64,000 bases of DNA. It comes from Macrostomum lignano. Lineage: Eukaryota. Below the pieces are notes generated by a model that saw only the letters and a program-made list of their open reading frames with translations, was not told the DNA's origin and ran no database searches. This document shows positions 54,601 through 64,000 of the stretch, in pieces. A program made the translations under genes and the position numbers. Numbering within the stretch: position 1 is the stretch's first letter; each line of letters begins with the position of its first letter. The stretch is taken from NCBI GenBank assembly GCA_002269645.1, contig NIVC01003696.1, positions 18,468 through 82,467 on the forward strand. Direction: 5' to 3'.

Positions 54601-57600
54601 TAATCCTGTCGGTAGATTATGGTGGGGTGTTAATCCTGTCTGTGGATTATGGTGGGGTGTTAATCCTGTCGGTAGATTATGGTGGGGTGTTAATTCTGTC
54701 TGTGGATTATGGTGGGGTGTTAATCCTGTCGGTAGATTATGGTGGGTGTTAATCCTGTCTGTAGATTATGATGGGGCGAGTTAATCCTGTCTATCTGTAG
54801 CTTATGATGGGGCGAGTTAATCCTGTCGGTAGATTATGGTGGGGTGTTAATCCTGTCTGTAGATTATGATGGGGCGAGTTAATCCTGTCTCTGTGGATTA
54901 TGGTGGGGGTGTTAATCCTGTCTGTAGATTATATTAGGTGTGTTAATCCTGTCGGTAGATTATAATGGGGTGTTAATCCTGTCTGTAGATTATAGTGGGG
55001 TGTTAATCCTATCTCTTTGGATTATGTTGAAGCGAGTAAATCCTATCTAGATTATTCCAGCTAGCCTTCCGATAGAAATAACTGCACTGTTATATTGAAC
55101 ACACGCAGGCCACAGGCGGTCACTACGTAGCCATTGTTCGGGACTACAGCCGGGGCTGGCTGGTGTGCAACGATAGCCAGGTGTACCCAGTGAAGCACAA
55201 GCTATTAAAGCGACAAGAAGAGAAGCTGGAGCAGTCGATGGGGTACTCGGCCAGCCGGCCAACTGAGAAAGCCTCGGCCGCTGTGCCCGGGAAAGACTGG
55301 CACCTGTCGCAGAATGCCTACATTCTAGTGTACGAGAAGCGCAGCGTATTCGAAGCGCACAAGGCTAATCCTAATCTGGCCGCGGTGCCGGACAAACTGG
55401 CCGAGCTGGTCAACGCCGAGAACGCCGCCCGGGCTCGCCTGGCCAGCGCAGTGGCTAGACGCGAGCGTCGGCATCGGGACTTCCTGGGCAGGCTGGCTAG
55501 CCGGGTGCTGCCGCTGCTTCAACGAGTTGATTGTCACGCTTTTGTACCGTCTGCCTGGTTGCAGGTAGCTTGATTTGTCACTCTGTGTGCCTGTCTGTAT
55601 TTCATATTTAATTTCATCTTTTTTGGGCCCTTGATTGTGTAGATATTAGTTAAGGTGGATCTGGCTCTTTGAGAATGTGTTTAGCTCTCCATGAGCAGGT
55701 TTGGATCGTCATTTGAGCAGTTTTTTTAGCTTCATATGAGCAAGTTTGGATTCTCATATGAGCAGTTTTTAGCTTCATATGAGTAGATTTGGTTCCCAGG
55801 AGCAGTTTTAGCTTCTCATAAGCTGATTTTAGCTTCTCTCATGAGCAGTTTCAGCTTCTCTGATGAGCAGTTTCAGCTTCTCTCATGAGCAGTTTCAGCT
55901 TCTCTCATGAGCAGTTTCAGCTTCTCTGATGAGCAGTTTCAGCTTCTCTCATGAGCAGTTTCAGCTTCTTTCATGAGCAGTTTCAGCTTCTCTCATGAGC
56001 AGTTTCAGCTTCTCTCATGAGCAGTTTCAACTTCTCTCATGAGCAGTTTCAGCTTCTCTGATGAGCAGTTTCAGCTTCTCTGATGAGCAGTTTCAGCTTC
56101 TCTCATGAGCAGTTTCAGCTTCTCTCATGAGCAGTTTCAGCTTCTCTCATGAGCAGTTTCAGCTTCTCTCATGAGCAGTTTCAGCTTCTCTCATGAGCAG
56201 TTTCAGCTTCTCTCATGAGCAGTTTCAGCTTCTCACAACATAAGCAGTTTTAAGCTTCTCAAGAGCACTTCAACATCTCATGAGTAGTTTTGGCTTCCCT
56301 ATGTGGCGCTCTATGAGGGGATTTAGCGTCACGGGAGCCAGTTTGGTGATGCCCCTATCGGTATTCGTAGAAAAAGCGACCAATTTTACACCTATTATAA
56401 GCAACATAGCAAAACATTTCGCGCAGACAGTATTCAACAGCAGCCCAGAGGACGTTGGCGAATCCGGCGACGAAGTTGCCTTCTTCCTGCGCACCCTGGA
56501 CTCCTGTGCATACGCCCAGTACGTCTGCCCGCACGGCCGCCTGCTGCCCGAGTGCGTCGGTCCGCACGTCAAAGCTGTCAATCGGGACCTGTTCGATTTT
56601 CTCTCCAATAACCAGAGCAGCAGCGCCAGCGCCGCTGAGCCTGACGGTAAAGCAGCTGAAGACGACGACGCGATGTCGACTGACTCCGTCGTGACACCCG
56701 TGCCGGCGCCGTTTCTTGCCGACGAGTCGGCACTCTGTCTGGCCTGCGTGCGGCAGCGATGCGCCAGGATTCGACTGGACTCGAGGCTGGCTACCGATGC
56801 CAAACTGATTGACAAGGCGGCTAAGCGCAAGCCGGAGTACCAGCATCACCTGCCGGTGGGTTTGCCACATTTCTGTCCAGGTGGATGCGCGCTAAACCGA
56901 TGTTTATGAGATAAGCAACAGCAGCTCACCTGAAGACCATGTTTGAGATTAGCAACAGCAGCTCACCTGAAGACCATGTTTGAGATTAGCAACAGCAGCT
57001 CACCTGAAGACCATGTTTGAGATTAGCAACAGCAGCTCACCTGAAGACCATGTTTGAGATTAGCAACAGCAGCTCACCTGAAGACCATGTTTGAGATTAG
57101 CAACAGCAGCTCACCTGAAGACCATGTTTGAGATTAGCAACAGCAGCTCACCTGAAGACCATGTTTGAGATTAGCAACAGCAGCTCACCTGAAGACCATG
57201 TTTGAGATTAGCAACAGCAGCTCACCTGAAGACCATGTTTGAGATTAGCAACAGCAGCTCACCTGAAGACCATGTTTGAGATTAGCAACAGCAGCTCACC
57301 TGAAGACCATGTTTGAGATTAGCAACAGCAGCTCACCTGAAGACCATGTTTGAGATAAGCAACAGCAGCTCACCTGAAGACCATGTTTGAGATTAGCAAC
57401 AGCAGCTCACCTGAAGACCATGTTTGAGATTAGCAACAGCAGCTCAGCTGAAGACCATGTTTGAGATTAGCAGCTGCTCACCTGAAGACCATGTTTGAGA
57501 TTAGCAGCTGCTCACTTTGAAGGGCATTTTTGAGATCACCTGAAGGGAATGTTTAAGAGTAGCTGCCACTCACCTGAAGGGCATGCTTGGGATTAGCATC

Positions 57601-60600
57601 TTAAGTGAAACGAAATGCATTGTGGCATTTTAAAATCGACTGTTTTAATTTGTAATTCTTTGACTCCACCCATCAATTTGCCAGCAAAACGGCCAAGCTT
57701 CTAGTAGCAGCAACAGCGGCGCTTCGTCTCGATCAGCCTGGGTTGGCGTGAAGTCTCTTCGCTCCTGGAAGAACCTGGCCCGCCAGCAGCACCAAGAAGA
57801 GTCAGCGCCAGCTTCTGCTGTTGAAGATGATCAGGATAATACTGACGGTTCCGCTGCGACAGAACAGAGCGGCAGTGTCTGTTGTGAGTCTGGCTTTCTA
57901 TTTAAAAAATATTTTTAACTTTTAAGAACTAAGGATTTCCGCTACTAAAATGTCACAGACGTTCGATTTGGTTTTATTATTTTATTCTTCTTTCCTTCCT
58001 TCCTTTAAAGTCCCTGTTGTAAATCTAAACGAAGCCGCATGAAAAAAAAACTCAAATGACAAATTTTTTTCGTTGAAAAATTATCTTTAGTTTGACACGT
58101 AAAATATAAAAATAAGTCAAGGTACTGAGGAGCTAGAGCAAACATTCCGAGAACTTTTGAGACACCATGGACATTCAAGCCAGGCCGCAGACTCGGGCTG
58201 CTTGGGAATGGACACTCAAAATAGGACACCATGGACATTCAAGCCAGGCCGCAGACTCGGGCTGCTTGGGAATGCACAGTCATATAATGTGGAATGGACA
58301 CTCAAAATAGGACACCATGGACATTCAAGCCAGGCCGCAGACTCGGGCTGCTTGGGAATGCACAATCATATAATGTGGAATGGACACTCAAAATAGGACA
58401 CCATGGACATTCAAGCCAGGCCGCAGACTCGGGCTGCTTGGGAATGCACAATCATATAATGTGGAATGGACACTCAAAATAGGACACCATGGACATTCAA
58501 GCCAGGCCGCAGACTCGGGCTGCTTGGGAATGCACAATCATATAATGTGGAATGGACACTCAAAATAGGACACCATGGACATTCAAGCCAGGCCGCAGAC
58601 TCGGGCTGCTTGGGAATGCACAGTCATATAATGTGGAATGGACACTCAAAATAGGACACCATGGACATTCAAGCCAGGCCGCAGACTCGGGCTGCTTGGG
58701 AATGCACAATCATATAATGTGGAATGGACACTCAAAATAGGACACCATGGACATTCAAGCCAGGCCGCAGACTCGGGCTGCTTGGGAATGCACAGTCATA
58801 TAATGTGGAATGGACACTCAAAACGGGACACCATGGACATTCAAGCCAGGCCGCAGACTCGGGCTGCTTGGGAATACACAATCATATAATGTGGAATGGA
58901 CACTCAAAATAGGACACCATGGACATTCAAGCCAGGCTGCAGACTCGGGCTGCTTGGGAATACACAATCATATAATGTGGAATGGACACTCAAAATAGGA
59001 CACCATGGACATTCAAGCCAGGCCGCAGACTCGGGCTGCTTGGGAATGCACAATCATATAATGTGGAATGGACACTCAAAATAGGACACCATGGACATTC
59101 AAGCCAGGCCGCAGACTCGGGCTGCTTGGGAATGCACAATCATATAATGTGGAATGGACACTCAAAATAGGACACCATGGACATTCAAGCCAGGCCGCAG
59201 ACTCGGGCTGCTTGGGAATGCACAATCATATAATGTGGAATGGACACTCAAAATAGGACACCATGGACATTCAAGCCAGGCCGCAGACTCGGGCTGCTTG
59301 GGAATGCACAATCATATAATGTGGAATGGACACTCAAAATAGGACACCATGGACATTCAAGCCAGGCCGCAGACTCGGCTGCTTGGGAATGCACAATCAT
59401 ATAATGTGGAATGGACACTCAAAATAGGACACCATGGACATTCAAGCCAGGCCGCAGACTCGGGCTGCTTGGGAATGCACAATCATATAATGTGGAATGG
59501 ACACTCAAAATAGGACACCATGGACATTCAAGCCAGGCCGCAGACTCGGGCTGCTTGGGAATGCACAATCATATAATGTGGAATAGACACTCAAAATGGG
59601 AAAAAGCCATTCAAAACGGGAATTCGCCCAATTTAATGTATTGTTTTATATCTTGAGGCCACTGGAATATTTAAAAGTGAACAAAGTCTTCGTTACCGGA
59701 AGCAAAACAAAAGTAACTCAGAACTCCCTGATCTTCAGGAAAGGATTTTCATCGAGTTTCTCAACCAATAATTCAGAATTCAGGGACAGAGAGCTAGAAA
59801 ATCTCAGTCCGATTCCCAATAGTCTATGGCCAAGCCTCCCTCAGTAGACTCTGCTAAACTGCTAAAGTCCATGACTAGGGTGAGATCTGCGGCCTGGCTT
59901 GAATGTCTATGGCGTCCCGTTTTGATTGTCCAAATTGCCATTTAGATCCTCAAAAGCGATGTTAGAATAGTGATTTGATTTATATGAAGAAATCAATTCT
60001 TTTTATTTAACCCCGACAGCCAATCAGCAGGCGGTCAGCAACGGACATCCGGCGACAGTTGGCTTCGCCTTCAACGAAGACCTGCTTTGCCAGCACGGCA
60101 ATCTCTGCTGCGAGACTGGCCGGCGCCGCCTCCTACCGGAGGAGATCTGGCACAGATTAGCTGCTTACTTCCCGAACTGTCCGGTTTATTGGCACGATGC
60201 CAAGCCCTGTCCGGTGTGCTCTGATCAGCGGGCCAGGCTGACTAGTCGGGCTCAGGCCGAGACCGACCGGCTGTTCCACCTGTCCGCACACCTGAAGCGC
60301 CACCGGCCAACTGGCAGCGGGCCTCAGCGCCTGTTGAGCCTGGCCGACTGCGCCGGCCGCAAGATTTATTACGCCGACGCAGAATTTCTTGTCCAATGGC
60401 GTCGTTTTGTGGTTGCCGCTGCGGTCGCCGCCGCCGAGGAGGAATCGACAGCGACGCCGCTGACTGAGCCACCAGGCGGCCCGGTGCCGAACTCCGGTCA
60501 CCTGTGCCCGCACGGCCGCCTGCTCTGCCGGCCAGACTCGGCCGACTCTGGCCTTGTCGCCCTGACCCAAGACGAATGGCTGGCTTTAGTCGACGCCTAT

Positions 60601-61506
60601 TCCAGCGACGGTGTTGAAATCTGCCGCCTAGAGGACGACTCCTGCCAGCCGCCCGTCTGCGACGAATGCCTCGACTCAGCGGCCGATGCCGCATCAGCAG
60701 GCGACGCCGGCGACGCGGCCGGTGGGGAAGTTGGCGACGCTGGCGCCGGATTTAAAATGACAATCTACGTGAGGGTAGCCGAGGATGCCCGGGGATCTGT
60801 GCGGCCCGGCGGGTACGCCGCTAGCACGCGTTCGAGCGCCGGCAGGAAGCGAGCGGCCACCTCGGCGGCTTCGACCGATCAGTCGGCCACCGCGGATGCC
60901 GCCGCTGACGAGGGCGGCGTCGGCAATGGTATTAAGTCACCGCCGACGAAGTGCGCCAAATCTGCTCAGCAGCAACCGCAGCCATGGAGGTCGTCCAGAA
61001 TTCGTCGCAAGCCAACCGACAAACGATTCGACATCGATTCGGAAGCCACTGTGCAAGATTTAAAGCTGCGACTCATGGAAGCCTACGGTGTCGCTCCGTA
61101 CGATCAGCACCTGCTGGTTGACGGTCGCGAGCTCGAGCCGGCTAAGGCTCAGCTGCGCCATCTCGGCCTGGGCCCCGGCTCCGTTGTTGACGCCGCTTTC
61201 GACCTGCCGCCGGGCTCTGAAGATGCCGCAGCCGTTACCGGCGCCGGCTTGTCGCTAAGGCGCGGCGGCGGCAACGATTCAACGTTAACAGAGGCGGCAT
61301 CGGCAACTGGGCCGAATGAAATTGAGATCGGCTTTAGCGGCACTCGACTGTTCGAGGCGGCGCCGCCGGCTGCCGCTGCTCCGGTGGCAGTGGCCGCTGA
61401 AGCCAGGAGACTCTCGAAAGCTAGAAACTTAAGTGTACATGCAACCCGTTGTATAGTTACTCTAGAGTTCTATTTTTTTACGAACTGGATAAGAAATAGT
61501 CCGTAA
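51671..61506 (+). CDS. USP48: Ubiquitin-specific protease 48, 6 exons (51671-52368, 53935-54312, 55109-55564, 56427-56855, 57685-57883, 60020-~61506), with an apparent 1-nt deletion at ~54216-54222
   Basis: N-terminal WSWTESVEP..CRGNCRQNPCCLNGLG, Cys box GLTNYGNTCYLNSLLQ, QQDASEF, His box YVLKAVLIHIGPQ|ATGGHYVA..WLVCNDSQV, CPHG DUSP repeats, WVGVKSLRSWKNLA, FNEDLLCQHG, C-terminal UBL (LKLRLMEAYGVAPYDQHL), EIGFSGTRL. The exon 4 acceptor and the stop position are less certain. Confidence 0.88.
52420..53845. repeat. Two-domain minisatellite (33-bp AATCTGCCAGAGAATCTACCCCACACCTGTCTA then 31-bp AATCTGCCACAGAAACTACCAGACCGTTTTT), USP48 intron 1
   Basis: Unit switch at ~53060-53100. Confidence 0.95.
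54350..55040. repeat. 30-bp minisatellite (GTTAATCCTGTCTGTGGATTATGGTGGGGT)n, USP48 intron 2
   Basis: Visible array. Confidence 0.95.
55830..56260. repeat. 22-bp minisatellite (ATGAGCAGTTTCAGCTTCTCTC)n, USP48 intron 3
   Basis: Visible array with degenerate 5' flank. Confidence 0.95.
56905..57530. repeat. 37-bp minisatellite (AGCAACAGCAGCTCACCTGAAGACCATGTTTGAGATT)n, USP48 intron 4
   Basis: Nearly identical units. Confidence 0.96.
58160..59595. repeat. 86-bp minisatellite, USP48 intron 5
   Basis: Identical ORFs recur every 86 nt in the ORF track. Confidence 0.97.
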
Positions 61507-61559
61507 AAAGTTGAGCGCTCGAAATTTCCAAGGTATTTTGTTTTCTGTGTTTAACAAAA

Positions 61560-63510
61560 GCTTTGTAGTTTAGAGAATTTCCCACCGGAAGTGAGTGTAC
61601 AGTTTCATAATCTACCTTAAGAGGGGTACTCGTAGGTTTAGAGAATTTCCCACCGGAAGTGAGTGTACAGTTTCATAATATACCGGAAGAGGGGTACTCG
61701 TAGGTTTAGAGAATTGCCAACCGGAAGTGAGTGTACAGTTTCATAATCTACCTTAAGAGGGGTACTCGTAGGTTTAGAGAATTGCCAACCGAAGTGGGTG
61801 TACAGTTTCATAATCTACCTTAAGAGGGGTACTCGTAGGTTTAGAGAATTGCCAACCGGAAGTGGGTGTACAGTTTCATAATCTACCTTAAGAGGGGTAC
61901 TTGTAGGTTTAGAGAATTGCCAACCGGAAGTGAGTGTACAGTTTCATAATCTACCTTAAGAGGGGTACTCGAAGGTTTAGAGAATTGCCAACCGGAAGTG
62001 GGTGTACAGTTTCATAATCTACCTTAAGAGGGGTACTCGTAGGTTTAGAGAATTGCCAACCGGAAGTGAGTGTACAGTTCATAATCTACCTTAAGAGGGG
62101 TACTTGTAGGTTTAGAGAATTGCCAACCGGAAGTGAGTGTACAGTTTCATAATCTACCTTAAGAGGGGTACTCGTAGGTTTAGAGAATTTCCCACCGGAA
62201 GTGAGTGTACAGTTTCATAATATACCGGAAGAGGGTACTCGTAGGTTTAGAGAATTGCCAACCGGAAGTGAGTGTACAGTTTCATAATCTACCTTAAGAG
62301 GGGTACTCGTAGGTTTAGAGAATTGCCAACCGGAAGTGGGTGTACAGTTTCATAATCTACCTTAAGAGGGGTACTCGTAGGTTTAGAGAATTGCCAACCG
62401 GAAGTGGGTGTACAGTTTCATAATCTACCTTAAGAGGGGTACTCGTAGGTTTAGAGAATTGCCAACCGAAGTGGGTGTACAGTTTCATAATCTACCTTAA
62501 GAGGGGTACTCGTAGGTTTAGAGAATTGCCAACCGGAAGTGGGTGTACAGTTTCATAATCTACCTTAAGAGGGGTACTCGTAGGTTTAGAGAATTGCCAA
62601 CCGGAAGTGGGTGTACAGTTTCATAATATACCGGAAGAGGGGTACTCGTAGGTTTAGAGAATTGCCAACCGGAAGTGAGTGTACAGTTTCATAATCTACC
62701 TTAAGAGGGGTACTCGTAGGTTTAGAGAATTGCCAACCGGAAGTGGTGTACAGTTTCATAATCTACCTTAAGAGGGGTACTCGTAGGTTTAGAGAATTGC
62801 CAACCGGAAGTGGGTGTACAGTTTCATAATCTACCTTAAGAGGGGTACTCGTAGGTTTAGAGAATTGCCAACCGGAAGTGGGTGTACAGTTTCATAATCT
62901 ACCTTAAGAGGGGTACTCGTAGGTTTAGAGAATTGCCAACCGGAAGTGGGTGTACAGTTTCATAATCTACCTTAAGAGGGGTACTCGTAGGTTTAGAGAA
63001 TTGCCAACCGGAAGTGGTGTACAGTTTCATAATCTACCTTAAGAGGGGTACTCGTAGGTTTAGAGAATTGCCAACCGGAAGTGGGTGTACAGTTTCATAA
63101 TCTACCTTAAGAGGGGTACTCGTAGGTTTAGAGAATTGCCAACCGGAAGTGGGTGTACAGTTTCATAATACCGGAAGAGGGGTACTCGTAGGTTTAGAGA
63201 ATTGCCACGCGGAAGTGAGTGTACAGTTTCATAATCTACCTTAAGAGGGGTACTCGTAGGTTTAGAGAATTGCCAACCGGAAGTGGGTGTACAGTTTCAT
63301 AATCTACCTTAAGAGGGGTACTCGTAGGTTTAGAGAAATTGCAGTTTCATAATCTACCTTAAGAGGGGTACTCGTAGGTTTAGAGAATTGCCAACCGAAG
63401 TGGGTGTACAGTTTCATAATCTACCTTAAGAGGGTACTCGTAGGTTTAGAGAATTGCTCGTAGGTTTAGAGAAATTGCCAACGGAAGTGGGTGTTACAGT
63501 TTCATATTCT
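61560..63510. repeat. 68-bp satellite (AGGTTTAGAGAATTGCCAACCGGAAGTGGGTGTACAGTTTCATAATCTACCTTAAGAGGGGTACTCGT)n downstream of USP48
   Basis: Visible array. Confidence 0.97.
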
Positions 63511-64000
63511 ACCGGAAGTGAGTACTCTTAGGTTCAAAAGAATTGCCAACCGGAAATATTCAACAGGTGCTTAGTTACTAAATTAACGCCTTATGTGAAG
63601 ACCTTATAATAGAACAGTGAAACTCAGCTCAATAGGATTAAGGTTTACTGACTTAGAAATCAGTAATTTAATAATAATTTGACCTATCAAAATATTTACT
63701 TCTTTGGTCTGTTTTATCGGTACATTAGTTTGCCGAAAATTGCGCCTTGGCTGCCTTCTGTTTATTTGTTCGGCTATCTGCTGCTGTAATAACTTATCGT
63801 AAAGCTCTGTAATGTAATATCAATTTTCATTTTTTTTTGTCTCATTGATGATTGACCAGGCTAGACTAAGTTTACTTATTTATAATCAGTTTACCAAAGA
63901 AAATGTCCATCAGAATATGCTGGTACTTTTGTCATATTTTTATACCTGCTGTACAATTTCAAGTTGAAAAAAAAATGAACGCATATATAGGCATACCTTG

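Noticed and set aside
56905-57530. CTGAAGA in each 37-bp unit (and CTGATGA in the 22-bp array) as tandem hammerheads
   Set aside because: No stem II followed by GAAA and no NUH cleavage site
61400-61506. USP48 C-terminal tail RRLSKARNLSVHATRCIVTLEFYFF...
   Set aside because: Looks like read-through into AT-rich UTR-like sequence beyond the conserved GFxGT motif. The true stop may be earlier (another indel is possible), so it is not treated as a novel domain.
56905-63510. 37-, 86- and 68-bp repeats as possible CRISPR arrays
   Set aside because: Units are contiguous with no unique spacers, no cas genes are present, and the context is eukaryotic intronic DNA

Overview
Eukaryotic (metazoan) genomic DNA with GC-rich exons, spliceosomal GT-AG introns packed with minisatellites, and AT-rich intergenic blocks. 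The style suggests a flatworm such as Macrostomum (inference only). I reconstructed six spliced genes by hand with consistent intron phases: a ~1700-aa ERC/ELKS/CAST-family coiled-coil protein (minus, 15 exons, 2976-20238), RAB43 (22862-25129), a calmodulin-like protein (30703-31661), and a co-oriented cluster TRMT10C-like (44652-48479), NSRP1 (49334-50815), USP48 (51671-~61506, one apparent 1-nt frameshift). Main highlights: (1) a Penelope-like retroelement 3' end present as a near-perfect ~320-bp inverted repeat, with a minimal hammerhead ribozyme in each arm and a 12-bp TSD, ~390 bp upstream of the cluster; (2) the cluster looks like an SL-trans-spliced operon; (3) almost every larger intron holds its own private minisatellite; (4) two related MITEs with CCATAGTCAGGA termini and perfect 8-bp TSDs; (5) a TG..CA element with a 4-bp TSD inside a minisatellite that starts at a SINE tail. 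There is no CRISPR array, and the long ORFs inside repeats are artefacts.
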